Positions 32,345 to 46,000 of a stretch of DNA of 64,000 nucleotides are shown here, in pieces. The notes under the pieces are model-generated. The model saw only the letters and a program-made list of their open reading frames with translations, was not told the DNA's origin and did no database searches. The stretch lies in contig CP142737.1 in the NCBI GenBank assembly GCA_036630325.1, positions 868,001 to 932,000 on the forward strand, in the 5' to 3' direction. The number at the start of each line of letters is the position of its first letter. Position 1 is the first letter of the stretch. The DNA comes from Vairimorpha necatrix. Taxonomy: Eukaryota. The position numbers and the translations under genes were made by a program.

Positions 32345-33849
32345 TAATATTTATTTTATCTTTTCTTCTCTGTTTAGTAAAAAAATATTAAAAATAAATT
32401 TTTATTTATGCAATCTAGAGTTTATTAAATAACTAAAAATGTCACACAACATCCTTCCTGTACCCTCTACAGTCATGTAGGGCCCTTGGATTTGAACCCT
32501 TGGGCCGTTATATCTCAATTACGGCCGAGCCATAGACGCAACAAATACGTCATCGTCGACAAACAAATGGCGAATATAAAATGTCTTACTGTTTAAAAAT
32601 GTCATAATATTGAAACTGTACAAGTGACTAGCTTTCCATTAACTAATGACAGGTCTGACACTTGAAAAATAAGAGGATGAATTTCTAGCTCTTCACGATG
32701 CCAAAAAAGCATAAGAATTTATAAACATCAAATAAATACAGAGTATATAAACAAGCCGAGCGGCCATGGAGTTTGCTCGCACCACAAGAAATTTATGCAT
32801 CTTTGATCACCATTAAAGGATTTTTTTGGACTGATTATATTGGATCAATCGGGCCAGAATAATTTGCTCACAAAAATTAAATGATTGTTTGAGAGCACTG
32901 CCCAATGTTGTGTTTAGCATCTACGATGTTAGTTACTTAGCAAAATGCTGTATGATATGTTACAAAACATGATCTCTATTGCTTGTTCATCATTTTAAGA
33001 GCAGTTAAAGAATATAATCTAATTTTATCGAACGGCGTGGAATATGCCAATATTGAGATAAATTTAGCTTATAGCACAAGGATTATATCTGAAGAACAAT
33101 TTTGTTACTCTAGCAACAGTTTAACACACAAACATTGCGTTGTTTTGGAAATGAAAAAAAACGTTTAGCCAAAGACTTCCAAAATGTAAGTATTTTTAGC
33201 TGACGGAAGAGATCATATTGTTTATACAATAATAACCATGAAATGGCAGAATTGTCTAAAAAATAAAAAATTGGAGTAATATAGTATTATAAATGTTAAT
33301 TACTTTATTTGAATTTTCCATCCCCTCTTTTGGAAATGATTTTAAATAGTTTAAGTAGCCAATCAAATACGTCTATTTGTCGAAAGATGATTGGCTGGAC
33401 TTGATGGGCTACGACAGACTGATTTTCAGACTGAAAATAGGTAGAATCTGTGTAACTTCTAATATTTAACATTACACTCAGTTGTTTGAGTGATTTTCGG
33501 CAATCTTATTTATTTTAGAAAAAAAGGAAGATAATTTCAGTTTTTTGATTTTTATATTATTATAAAAGTCTATAGCTACAATTACATTGTCACCAATTTT
33601 TTTAATTTATAGGAGATATGGATCAATGAAAGACGGTTGTTTTTTGCGTGGTAATTTGAAACAACTGAACCAGTTTCTGTTTTTTTCTTAAAGAACACTA
33701 ATCGCATTTTCATTTTTGATTTTCTGTAACAAGCATACATTTATTTTCTTCTATGCTTTCCTCTGAAGACTCGTTCTTATCCTGCGTAAGAACATAATTA
33801 AATCCTAATTTGTTTAGAAATAAGTTTGTGGAACCGGCTTGTCGCACTA

Positions 33850-34738
33850 TTATTGACTAAATTATAGTTGTATACGACTTTATTTAGATGTTTTAGCCAT
33901 TCGTTTTCATCTTCATTCTAGAATTGCCAACGACAAGCAACCCTCTTCCAAAAAACACGTTTTTGAAAAGTTTAAGATATTGTTTGGTTCGTCCTTTCTA
34001 TTTGCCCGTTTGATTGTGCGGGACGCGACCTACTATGTTTTTGAACAATAACAAAGTCTGCACAAAGTTTATTTATATGGGAATTGCAGAAATCCTTTCC
34101 ATTATCGCTTTGAAGGATCTTGGGAGGACCAGTCATATTTTTAAATAAAAATTTTAGGTTTTCTGTAACCTCTCTCCAGTTTTACTTTTTGACGTAAAAG
34201 CCCATACAAACTTAGAAAACACATCTTTTTACGTTAAATTCAAATTATACCCATCTTTAAACTAATAAAAACGTCATATTGATTAAATGATCATTATTTA
34301 TTCCATCGGTTTAGAGGGCGTAAAATGGACTTAATGCTTTTTATTTTTTAACGTTTGCGATTGTCCACACACGATGGATTCGGAGACGTCTTTTCAAATA
34401 ATGCCCTTTCGGATTAAAAAAACCTTATTGCATAATACTTTATATCTGTAAACGCCCCTGTGATGAAGCTGGTGGAAAGCTCTACATTCAACTTCCATAG
34501 CTTCAAGCTGTCTACAATGAAAAACCTTAAGATGGTTTCCATCGATCTCATCCCTTTAATATAGTGCCCCATATATAGATGGTAATTGACAGCTTTTTTG
34601 TCTAACAGTTTTTTATTGCTTTTCTAAAACAACTTCATGATCAATGCCTTGTAAGATTAATGTTAAATTATCATGATCAACAATGTAAAAAATATATATG
34701 TATTAAATTTAACCCTTAACTTACAATTATCTTTAACA
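33850..34738 (-). pseudogene. Degenerate DDE integrase (Ginger2/KRBA2-like) with a TGT-starting terminus
   Basis: Minus-strand translation DVFSKFVWAF...GPPKILQSDNGKDFCN...HSRSRPAQSNGQIERTNQTI; terminus TGTTAAAGATAATTGTAAGTTAAGGG at 34738. Left boundary is approximate. Confidence 0.7.
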
Positions 34739-35971
34739 TGGTAAGAATAAAATTATTGAACCCAAACAAAACAAAAGAATAGGTTGTAAGTTCCGTCGAG
34801 ACATTAGACGTAAAAAACACAGTTTAGGTTAGAATGGGGATGGTTAGTTGTCTAACGAAGAAGGTGATGGCATGAATCAGTTGAGGGACCCAGATAGGTG
34901 AAGACGTAAAGTAGCTATGAAGAGCTATAAAGAAACAGTTTTGACTGTGATAAGATCTGGCATAAGAGTTTTCAAGATTGAGTGTAGTGGATATCCCACT
35001 ATTCATGTTTTAAACTATCGTGGTAAGATAGCTGAACCACCAGTGTTCAAATTTCAGAGAGATTATAAAGAGAAGAAATTAAAAAGAAACTGTGTTGTCG
35101 TTGAAAATCGTTATTGGCGGATAAAATACGGTTTCATTTTAGAGAGACATGTGCAAAGAAAACACACATGCCCATAGACTTTGAGTATTTTAACAGAGAA
35201 AGAAGTACCGTTAAGAACAATACAAGAAGGGTTAGTAAGACGGGTAGAGTAAAGCGCAGCCCATGGTCAATTAACTTCAAAGATGCTCTTTTATTTTGAG
35301 AGTCAAGTAGTAGGCGTAGGAAGTTGTAAAGATAATTCCATCGCCCAGTACTAAATTTAGCGCGGGGATGTTGAGAATACATATTTAATAATTTTTGCCC
35401 TTAACTTACACTAATCTTTAACAAACAGCATTTTTGGGAGGAAGAATAATTTCTTCCTGCAAATGGCATTATGCAAGTGTTTTTAGTATTCCATAGTCTA
35501 GTGGCATGCTTGAGAGTTTGCTGCGCATGTTCTGGGGCGAATCCTGTTTGAAGCGTTTATTTATCTAACTGAGGTATGTTTTAGACAGAGCTTTCTTATA
35601 GGAAAACTCGTGGGTCAATGCTTGCAAAGTGTGGAAATCCTGGGGATCCATGCTTGTACGGCGTGGAAATTCTAGACGTCAACGCTCGCGCGTCACAATA
35701 ATTAAACTGAATTTTCTTCTATAGTTTAAAATCAAATTTTGTATAATAATGTGTAGTTATTTGGCATTTTGATTTCTAAAATGAATAGTATTTTTTGTCT
35801 CTTATTTGGCATTCTTTTTTGCACTTCCTTTTTGAGGGTTCGAAAAAATATAATAAACATTCCTGAATGGGGCGTGGGGCATCTCTACTCTTTTTTTCCA
35901 AAAAAAGTATATTTACCTTTTATGGAATATAAACTTTCAAACATATAAGAAAAAAGGTTATTACCCCATAT

Positions 35972-38149
35972 ATGAATGTTTTAAACATGATAATTTCGAT
36001 TGTATTTGTACAAACGAATCAAATTATATTTAATAAACTATTGGGAAAAGTACAAAACAGGGATTATGTTTTTTTTGATGTGACAAAACGAAATACAAAT
36101 ATAACCATATTTGCTCTTTTTAAAATAGAATGTATAACGTTTCTGATGTCAGATAAAAAATATGATAGATTTTATGAGTCTAATTTAGGATCTTTTGATA
36201 TTAAAATAGAAGAAAAATCTAGTAATGATATTATCAAAGAATTAGAAGAACATTTAGAAAAAATTTTAAACATCCCAAATGAGCATATTATTGTATTCTT
36301 GTATATGGCGTATGAATATAATAACTGTATAATAATGAAAAACTTCATAGAACGACTAAAAAAAGTAAACAATCAAAGAAAAAGTAAAAAAAAACTTTTC
36401 GAATTTCAATATGAAAATATTTGTGATATGTGCGATCAATTACAAGGAATAGTTTGGGAAATTAAAGATCTACACAATGAATCAAATCAAGAAATGTCAT
36501 GGTCTTCAATTTATTATTATTTCCATACAACAAATAACCATTATTGTATTGGTTTGCGTATGGATGTCGGCAAATTCTGTTTTATTTTTGAATTTTGTAT
36601 TGGAGACTTTTTTTGTTTGATTGATATAGAGTCATTAATTCAAAATACAGACGAAGCACAACAGTTTAAAAAACTGCTCAATATATACAATCTATGCCTT
36701 GATAAGTTTGAAATAAAGCGTATTAATTTTAATAAAATACCAATAAAATGCACATTAAGCAAAATAGAATATGTTGTTTGCAATAAAAACTTTACAATTA
36801 TGATAGAAAATGAAAAAATAATATTTAACTATAGCTCTAGTAATATAGAATACTACACTGAAATTGATTTGGATAACCAAGTAGATACATTCTACATAAG
36901 CAAGAACTGCTTTAAAGATTTTCAATCTATATTCATGAGGATGTCTAACACAATGCATACTAACGGCATCAATTTCTTTTACAAAATTTTAGAATATAAT
37001 AACAAAAGAGAATTTTTTCTTGAAAGAATTATAAACGCTCGAGGATCAGCTTTAAACATAATTTTTGCTCATCTGTTATTATACAAGGGTACAATAGACG
37101 ATAATCATCTAGATATAATGATAGGAAAAAATAAAGATGCAGAATTCAACCCGAAAAATCTAACTAAAATGGTATCAGCAATTCTGGAAGGTTTTTATCT
37201 TGAACCGGATACATATTTAATAAAATTTTGTCTACTCTTAGAAGCCGAAAAATACATTAATGAAAATAACACATATGATGATTTGTTATTTAATTCAATA
37301 AAAGATTTTGCAAATGTCATTACTAGCAAAAACAAGAAAAATGAAAATAAAACTTGTAATATAGAAGAAGACATTAATTTAGTTAATGTTTTTGATGAGA
37401 TAATAGATATACATATTAAATATCATCATTTATATGAAAATGAAGTTGTAAAAAATATTTGTACTATGGGGGCTCTGTCTACAGGATCGAATTTTATTAG
37501 AATTCATAATTATTTATCATCTAATAACTTTACTATTACTAAAGACGACATCATCAGTAATTACAATTTCAATGCAAGTAATATAGAGAAATCTAATTCA
37601 GTCATTATTGAAAAATTAAAAGAAAATATACATGAAGATGAAAAAGGTGAAGAAAAAATAAATGAAATTTTACAAAGATTGAAAAAATATAAATTGTATG
37701 AAAAGTTAAACAATATTTTGTTTGAAGGCTTAGTTAGTTATTTACAGGATAAATATAATAAGAAAGTTAGAATGAAGTTAAGAAAAAGAGGAATAAATTA
37801 TATAAAAAAAACATATAATTTTAGTGACCCTAAACTACTTGCCATTATAGATATAGATGTAATACAAAAGTTTCAGACAAAACTAATTATAAAATTTATA
37901 TCGGATTTAAAAGAACTTACTGCAAAAAATATAAAGAATATTTGTGTAAAATATTTAAATAAAGTAATAATAGAAAATTTTAAATGTGAATTTAGTGATG
38001 ATTTTAATGAAAAGCAAAAATGGAAAAATATTGCAAAAATTTTAATGCAGAGGTTGGACGAAAAAACAATTTTTAACCACGTAAATAATAATTTACAATT
38101 ATATAATGGCTTATTGGAAGTTTTAAAAAAAATTGAAAGAAATAAATAA
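35972..38149 (+). CDS. Lineage-specific hypothetical protein, probable signal peptide
   Basis: 725-aa open frame in AT-rich DNA; CCCCATATATG start; hydrophobic N-terminus. Confidence 0.85.
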   Translation: MNVLNMIISIVFVQTNQIIFNKLLGKVQNRDYVFFDVTKRNTNITIFALFKIECITFLMSDKKYDRFYESNLGSFDIKIEEKSSNDIIKELEEHLEKILNIPNEHIIVFLYMAYEYNNCIIMKNFIERLKKVNNQRKSKKKLFEFQYENICDMCDQLQGIVWEIKDLHNESNQEMSWSSIYYYFHTTNNHYCIGLRMDVGKFCFIFEFCIGDFFCLIDIESLIQNTDEAQQFKKLLNIYNLCLDKFEIKRINFNKIPIKCTLSKIEYVVCNKNFTIMIENEKIIFNYSSSNIEYYTEIDLDNQVDTFYISKNCFKDFQSIFMRMSNTMHTNGINFFYKILEYNNKREFFLERIINARGSALNIIFAHLLLYKGTIDDNHLDIMIGKNKDAEFNPKNLTKMVSAILEGFYLEPDTYLIKFCLLLEAEKYINENNTYDDLLFNSIKDFANVITSKNKKNENKTCNIEEDINLVNVFDEIIDIHIKYHHLYENEVVKNICTMGALSTGSNFIRIHNYLSSNNFTITKDDIISNYNFNASNIEKSNSVIIEKLKENIHEDEKGEEKINEILQRLKKYKLYEKLNNILFEGLVSYLQDKYNKKVRMKLRKRGINYIKKTYNFSDPKLLAIIDIDVIQKFQTKLIIKFISDLKELTAKNIKNICVKYLNKVIIENFKCEFSDDFNEKQKWKNIAKILMQRLDEKTIFNHVNNNLQLYNGLLEVLKKIERNK

Positions 38150-39818
38150 TTTTTAAAATATAGTTTTTTCTCTCATTAATTATTTATTCAAAAGGAGTTC
38201 TACATATACCTATGCAAAAACAATAAACTTTATCCCTAATATAGAGTGATAATGTTATTAAATAATATTACAACTGAATAGTTAGTTTTATAATCTACTC
38301 TAACAAAAAAAATGAGTTTTTCGTATTTTTTCTAAATAATTTTAAAGAAAAAAAAATTATGTTTTAAGTATTTTTTTTTTCTTTAAACTATGAATAATAT
38401 TTGTATATTGGCGTGTTTACCGGGAAGTTTGCCTGTAGCAAGGAAGCATTCAATGATGCTAAGGTTTGGAGTGCCGTGAAAACCGGAGTTTAGATAGTTG
38501 GAAGAAAAATATTGGCTTATCTGAATTATAGAAGGAAGAGAGTTTGTAAGTGTTCAAGTGATGTATCATGTAGATGATATATTTTCTTTATTTATAGTTA
38601 GAGTAACCAATAGAAGCAAATGTGATATAACTAATCAATATAAGCTGCCCATCATTGATTGTTCCAGTGAAGAGCCTACGTTTTAGTTTTTATTAATAAA
38701 TTATAGAACATGTAGTATAATCCATTATACCACATATATCATAAATAGATATAAATTTAAGATTTTAAAATTCAATAAATAAGTATTAAAATTGTTTCAA
38801 ACTTTTTTACTATTTTTTGCAATTTTGATCAAAAGAAAATAAAATAAAAGGATACATGATCGTTTGGAACCCATATCGAAAATTTTAAATCACGGCCTAT
38901 AAGAAAATGAAAACATCGGTAAGAACAAAATTTGTTATATCTGATAAGTTTTTTTTAATATGAAAATAAATAAAAATTTAATGCAGAACCAGCGTGTGCT
39001 TACCCGTCCTGTAGCCAATATAAATGCGGCTATTCTCCTTGAGATAATACAAGATTATATATTGACTAGTTTTTTTTTGTGATCATTGATCAATGAAGAG
39101 CATATGATGCCGCATTAGACAAATTACAGGAATGGCGCACAGGATTAGAAATTACGCCGTCAATTTCGCAAACTTTAACGATCTCGAGACACAATACCAA
39201 ACAAATTAGGAGGGTTAAAAGGTTTCTCAAGGGAGATGTTTGGTCCAAACGTGAAATAAACCAGGGCGAACTCTATAAATACCTTTACAGTTTCTCTAGT
39301 CTTATCAAATAACAGAACAAAGTATAACTAATCCTTTTTATTATTCAAAACAAATTGCTAAGTCTCTTTTATAGAAATTTTTTTATTTTTCCCGATTTTA
39401 AAACTTCAATGAGGGTTCATTTTCTCAAGATGGGTTCAAGACGGTCATCTACTGACATCTACCGACTCAGAGCTATTATTGGTATCCCCCCCCAAGATAC
39501 CACCTTTGTCACAGTTAATTTTCATACAAATCTTAGCTGCCCATCTGCTGACTTGACACACTTTATGTTTCAAAACATCAAGAGCAGGGGTCGGCAACGA
39601 AGCGTCCGCGGGCGCAGGTGCGCCCGTTTTCATTTTTCACATTGAGAAAGAATTTTAAAAATTTAGTATTTCATTTTTTTAAATAAATTTGGTCAATTAC
39701 ATTTTTAATGCTAAATATTGGGAGTACATTATAAGGAGTTGATGTACTTTTAGTTAAGAAAAAAGACCTTTCAACAAAAATTTTCTTACATATGATGATT
39801 ATAACAATAAAATTATTT

Positions 39819-40488
39819 GGTATATGACCGTTTGAAACCCGCATTGGGAAATTGAACCCGCTTTGGGAAAATAAACCCACTTTGAAATTTTAAAGGACCC
39901 CCCCTTTAAAAAATGGCAAAATTGGCAAAAACAATGTTTGTTGAGGCAGATGAGGTTTTTAGTGATGAAAAGTATTTATGCATGGAATACAAAGAAAAGT
40001 TTATTTTGAAAACATTTGATGCTGAATCGGCGTGCGCCTTGCTAGTTTCTGTAACTAGTAGAAATACTGCTTTTTCCTTGAGGTTATACAAGAAAATGTA
40101 TAACCTGTTTCTATTATGATCTCCAATCAATGGTTGCGTATGATGCCACATTAGCTAAGCAAAGGAAAGGAGCACAGTACTAAGAATCACTCATAAATGC
40201 TGTAACCTCTAGCGACTTTGAGTCACAATACCATATAATTTAGTTGGGTTTAGGCTCATTTCTATAAGAGATATTCGATCTAGATATAAACAAAGAAGAA
40301 CACTATAAGTACCTTTTACAGTTCCACTCGGCTTTCTAAAATCCCCCAAATCCCCGGATAAATAGTCTTTTGTCATTATTTAAAGTAAATCATCAAATCC
40401 TTTTTTTATAATTTTTTTTTATTTCCCTTTTTTGAATTTTTCAAAGCGGGTTCATTTTCCCAAAGCGGGATCCAAACGGTCATGTACC
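39819..40488. mobile_element. Merlin-type non-autonomous element nested in the hAT
   Basis: Imperfect TIRs GGTATATGACCGTTTG... / ...CAAACGGTCATGTACC with subterminal cccgc.ttggg repeats; 8-bp TSD AATTATTT at 39811-39818 and 40489-40496. Confidence 0.8.
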
Positions 40489-40610
40489 AATTATTTATTT
40501 AAATTATAAAGTTCTTTAAAATTTATTTTGACAATAATTACGCCATAAAACATGCTAATGCAACATTCAAAAAATTTTAAAAATTTATAACAAAATTTTT
40601 TTGCCCCTTT

Positions 40611-42450
40611 ATGGAACCTTCAAAAAAAAGAAATTATCAATTTAATAATTCATGGGAAGAAGATTTTTTCTTTATAGAATTTTAAGGTAGGCGTATTTAT
40701 TTTTTGTGCAACAAAAGCTTTGCAATATGCAAAAAAAAGTAACTTAGAACGACACTTTAATGGTTTGCATATAAATATAAATATTGAATACTCACCGAAA
40801 TCAGAACTGCGAAAAAGTAAGTTGATATCGTTAAAATCAGCAATTGTAAAACAGCAGAGATATTTTACAAAGCCAAAAGAGCTTTCGAAGGCAGCCACTG
40901 TAGCTTCAATAAAAGTTGCACATCTGTTGGCTAAGAAAAAAAGCCCCTGACTGATGCAGAAATTATGAAAAGGGCTATGATAACAGCGGCGGATTCTCTT
41001 TTTGAAGATTTTGAAAACAAGACAGAAGTTTTAAATGCTATATATATGTTGCAGTTATCAGATAGAACTGCATCAAGAAGAATAGAATTAATTACTAATA
41101 ATTTAAAATCAGAATTAGATAAAGACTTGAGAAATTGTATGTATTTCTCTTTTTTGCTTGATGAATCTACCGATGTGATTGACACAGCACAGCTAATTTT
41201 TTCTATAAAAATGGTATTTAATGACTTTCCAACTAAAAAGCAATTTTTAAAATTCTACCTTTAACTGCTCGTACAACGGGAAAAGACATTTTTTCTTTAT
41301 TTAAAAAATTTATTGTCGATAAAAATATACCACTTCAAAAACTTTCTTCTATTACTACTAATGGTGCACGAGCAATGGTCGGAAAAGAAAACGGATTTAT
41401 TGGTTTATGTAGAAAAGATTCTTTGTTTCCAAAGTTTATTTCATATCACTGTATAATTCATCAACAAGTTTTATTTTCAAAAAGTTAATTTTAATCATAT
41501 TTTTTTAATTGTTACTAAAATTACAAATTCGATAAGAGCCAAAGCAACTCAACATAGTCTGTTTAAGCTGCTTATGGAGGAGAAAAACGCAGATTTCAAA
41601 GATTTAGTTCTTCATACAGAAGTGAGATGGCTTAGCCGAGGCAAAGTTCTTGAACGCTCTGTTGAGCTGTTACCTCAAATAAAGAAATTTTTTGCAAAAA
41701 GAAATGCAACTTATTTAGAATTAGAAAACAAATTTGGTTATTAGATCTTGGATTTTTAGCGGATATCACAATGAAATTTCACGAACTAAATTTAAAATTA
41801 CAACCAAATAATTCTGATATTGTAGATTGGTTAAGCTTAATTAATTCCTTTGCAAAAAAGCTAGAACTTTTTAAAATACATTTAATAAAGAAATCCTTGT
41901 CTTATTTTCGCAATACTAAGTAAATAATTGAAAAAATAAATTTAAGTATTTATGAATTCGATCCTACATCGTACATTGGCGCAATAGATTTATTACTGAT
42001 TCAGTTTTCTAAAAGATTTTATGATTTTCGATCATTAGAGGAAGTAATTCCATTTTTTGTTAATCCTTTTAATGTTTTTGATTCTGATTTACCAGTAAAA
42101 ATTTCTAATTTTTTTTCATATAGTTAACATAACGACGTAGAAATTGAAATTATTAATTTGAAAAATGATATTTTTCTAAAATCTCATTATTTAGACAAGG
42201 ACTTTTGGAAATTAGTTTTAGATAATAATTTTTCCATTTTATGAAAATGTGCACTCAAAATATTTTCATATTGTGGAACCACATATAATTGTGAAGCTCT
42301 TTTTTCGAATATGACGTATTTAAAATCAAAATATCGAACACAACTTACGGACAAACATTTAGATAACTGTTTAAGAGCTGCCAATTGATCTTATATCTAT
42401 AATTATGACCAAATTGCAAATGACATGCAGAATCAAGTTTCTCATTATAC
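40611..42450 (+). pseudogene. hAT Buster-type (GTF2IRD2/ZBED5-like) transposase pseudogene
   Basis: Fragments SNLERHF, YFSFLLDESTDVIDTAQL, HCIIHQ, HTEVRWLSRGKVLER and TTYNCEALFS; many stops and frameshifts. Confidence 0.88.
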
Positions 42451-43083
42451 TGTATATTTTCTTAGTATTTCTCTACACGTAGTTAATTTTTTTTTATTTC
42501 TTCAGGATTTAATCGAAAACAAAATTTAAACCTCTTTTCAAAGTAATTATGAAGAAATTAGCTTCGCATTCTTGTCAAAACAATGTCTATTAAATCTATA
42601 TAAACCCATTAAATTTATTTTTTTTCGATTCTTTTAATCACTTGAGCAAACTCTTTTAAAAAAATTTAATTATAATTTTCGTTTTTATAGAAAAAATATA
42701 CTTGTTAAGGCATCTTTAAAAAAAATACTGAAAAAAATCATAATCGCATTATTCGCTACGAAATGTTTTTTAAAAAAATTTCTAGAGCATTTTTTTTTTA
42801 TTATCTTCAAGATTTTTTTAAGCTTAAGCCCGTTTTTTTGTTTTAGGATTTTGAAATTGCCCATTTCGAACTTTATTTCAAAAAGGTTGCCGACCCCTGA
42901 AGTAGATAGTAAAATAAAGAAATAAAAAATAAAAAAAATGAAAATATAATTTGTAAATTTTGCGTTATTATGTTGTTTAATTATAACATTTTTTTTTGAG
43001 ATTTTCTCCTTCTCGTTATGTTCGCTTCGAATTTCGAAAATCAGAAATATTTTTTAAAAATTGGTATTTATATATGTAAAAGA

Positions 43084-46000
43084 ATGAGGGTAAGGACAGA
43101 GCAGGAGGAAGAAACCGAAAAAATTACAAAACAAACCTCTATAGCAAACATAGACAAATTAGACACAGAAGAGAAAGAACAGGGGCCAGAACACACTAGT
43201 GTGCCCACTCAATCCACTTCTGAGACTCTTGCAGCAGTACTTGTGAGTACCGAAGCGAGTGAAGAAGAGTGGCCTCAAAGAGTATTTCTATCAATCATAA
43301 ATAGATTTGGTAGAATGCCAAGAGGAGGGTGGAATAAAGCTACCGAGTTCTTCTGTGGAAAATTTGGGTCTAACATGAGTTCACTAGAATTCAAGGGCAA
43401 AGCGAAGAAAGCACTCACAAGTAATAGTGGTAGACAAATGACAGCCCGGGAATTATTAGTGAACCCTACCAAAAGAAGAAAAGCCGAAGCTGGCTCGAAA
43501 GAAGGGAATAGTCTCTTTGAAACCGAGCTCTTCCTGAAAGCACAAAAATTGTTCTTGGAGAAACTCAGTTGTATTCAGAACAAATGTGTGGACCAGGTAG
43601 AAAGAACAAGGAAGATTTCTTCCTTGAAGGTTGATCTGTTGAAACTTGATGCTACAGTCAAGGCGGTAGATAGTCATGTTAGATACCACCCCCTTCTCAT
43701 AACATGACAGAGATGGCAAGAATTTGCAAGCTGCACAGATCTGCTATCAGGAAATGGCCAGTAAGAAGCCTAAACCTTCGTCTTGGAAAGAAAGTATCTT
43801 GAAAAAGATTACTGAGATCAAAGACAAGGTAGTGCTTATCAAAAAGGCCAGGGCTTTTGATAAACTCTCAAATGAGGAAAAGCGTGAAGTCAAGAAGGTA
43901 ATGCGTGAACTCAACATGCTTGCAAGCTTACACCGAGATACTTCTGAAGCTATTGCTATACTCAACGAGAGGAAAGCCATATACTCAAGGAAGCTAGAGG
44001 TCGCAGACCGACGCAGAGAGTATAGGCGTGAAAATCAAAACTTTGAGCTATATAGAAGCAATTTCTATAGAAAACTCAAGTGTGCCAATGAGGTTACTCT
44101 TAAAGTAAGTAAAGAAGACATTAGTTCATTCTGGTCTACCATGTGGAATAAGAAAGAGCAATCCGAAGACTGCAATAGTTTCGAGGAGTATCTTCTAGAA
44201 TACATTCCTGATAGCCAAGATCAGATCACTTTCCCAACCTTGCAAGAATTTGTAGATATTTTAAATATTTACCAAATTGGAAGGCTGCAGGCTGTGATGG
44301 AATCTTCATTTTCTTTATTAAGAAGTGTGAAGCTCTACATCCATTCCTTTACAAGATTGTTAAGGAAGTATGCCTGGATGGGAAAGAACCAGAAGCTTGG
44401 TTCTACAAGGGGATTACTTATTTAATACCCAAAGGTACCCCCACTAGTGGTAATGACTTCAGGCCTATTACCTGTATGTCGAACCTCTACAAGCTTACAA
44501 CGAAATGCACTACGAGAGTAATGCAGCTAATTGTAGAAAGTAGAGGGCTACTAGCAGAGAACCAACTAGGGACAGTTAGACAAGTCCAAGGAGCAAAAGA
44601 GCAAGCTATGGTTAATATAGCAGTCAATAAGGAGCATGGAAACAAGCTGAAGACTATGTGGATAGATGTAAAGAAAGCCTACGACTCCGTAGACCATTCT
44701 TATCTATTAACATGTATTAGCAAGTTGAATCTCCCTCAATGAATAAGTAAATTCTTAGAAGCCACGGTTAAAAGGTGGCACATTGAGATAAAATCAGGAT
44801 CGGAAACGATACTGAATAAGAAGATTGAAAGAGGCATATTACAAGGTGATTCCTTGTCGCCGCTTTTGTTTGTACTATGTATGGACCCGTTGACAACTGA
44901 ATTCAACTTACCCAAAAGTAGGAATACAGACTCACAAAAGTGTTTATGTAACAACCCATCTTCTTTTTATTGATGATCTTAAGTTCTTCGCAGAGAACGA
45001 TGACGTTTTAAAACTGATGAAAGAGGAAACTAAAAAGGTTTTCTCTGCTGTAGGTTTAGAAATGAACAGGAGTAAGTCTGCAACTAACTGTAGTGAAGAT
45101 GCAGTAGTACTAGAAGGGCATCAAGGATACAAATACCTTGGAATAACAGAAGATGCCTCTAGTGCTATCAAAAGAGAGACTTTTGAAAAAGTGAGATCCT
45201 ACAGAGGGTTGAAAAACTGTGCAAGACTCAATTAAATGGTAAGAATATGAATTGAGCTATAAACGAGCATGCAATATAAGTAATAAACTATCATGTAGGA
45301 TTATTAAAATTAGAACCAATAGATTTCAAAAGTCTCGATTTTGATATCCGACAGGTACTTATCAAGTACCAGGTCCATCTACAGCCAGCCTTCAAGGAAA
45401 GACTATACCTTCCTAGATCCGAAATAGGTAGAGGCCTCATAAGTATCGAAGATAGAAGCGAATGTATGCTTCTGAATATTTATAAAACGTTAGATGGGTC
45501 TAGAAATAGCTCACTAAGACGGGCAGCGATACTTAAAGTAGAGGCAGAGAGCAAATCCCACTTGTTTACAATAAACGAGTATCTAAGGATTAGGTATGGC
45601 TTTGTAGGAGAGATAACCCAGAAGATGCTAATAGAATCCCCAAAAAGGCGCCTTACAACAAAATTAACATAAGGACAAACCATGGAAAGTTGTTTAAAGC
45701 TAGGGACAATGATTTAGTAAGCATTAGGGACTCTTCTACCTGGCTGGTTAAAGAAAACAATCAGGCTAGATCCGAAGCAATTTACTGCTTCCTACAGGAT
45801 AGAAATATCTTCTGTGGACAAGAGGGACAATGTCCCCATTGTGGATCTCATAGGAAGACCGTGGATCATTTAGCTACCAAGTGTGATCGAATGTTGGGTT
45901 TTGATTATATGAAAAGACACAACGAGGTAGTTAGATGCATTCATCTCTTACTATGTATTAAATATGGGTTTAAGAAGACAAAGAAAATACGTGGACACTC

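Larger units (their letters stand above)
39585..42899 (+). mobile_element. hAT (Buster/Charlie-like) DNA transposon, inactive
   Basis: 14-bp TIRs CAGGGGTCGGCAAC (39585-39598) and GTTGCCGACCCCTG (42886-42899); transposase remnants inside; 8-bp flanks do not match. Confidence 0.88.

Noticed and set aside
32440-33200. Coding-like GC-richer patches, also at about 38400-39300 and 58400-59750
   Set aside because: Probably decayed TEs, but no motif or terminus could be identified by eye.
39445-39584. Possible LINE RT fragment (RWAAKICMKINCDK) left of the hAT
   Set aside because: A single weak motif, not enough to call.
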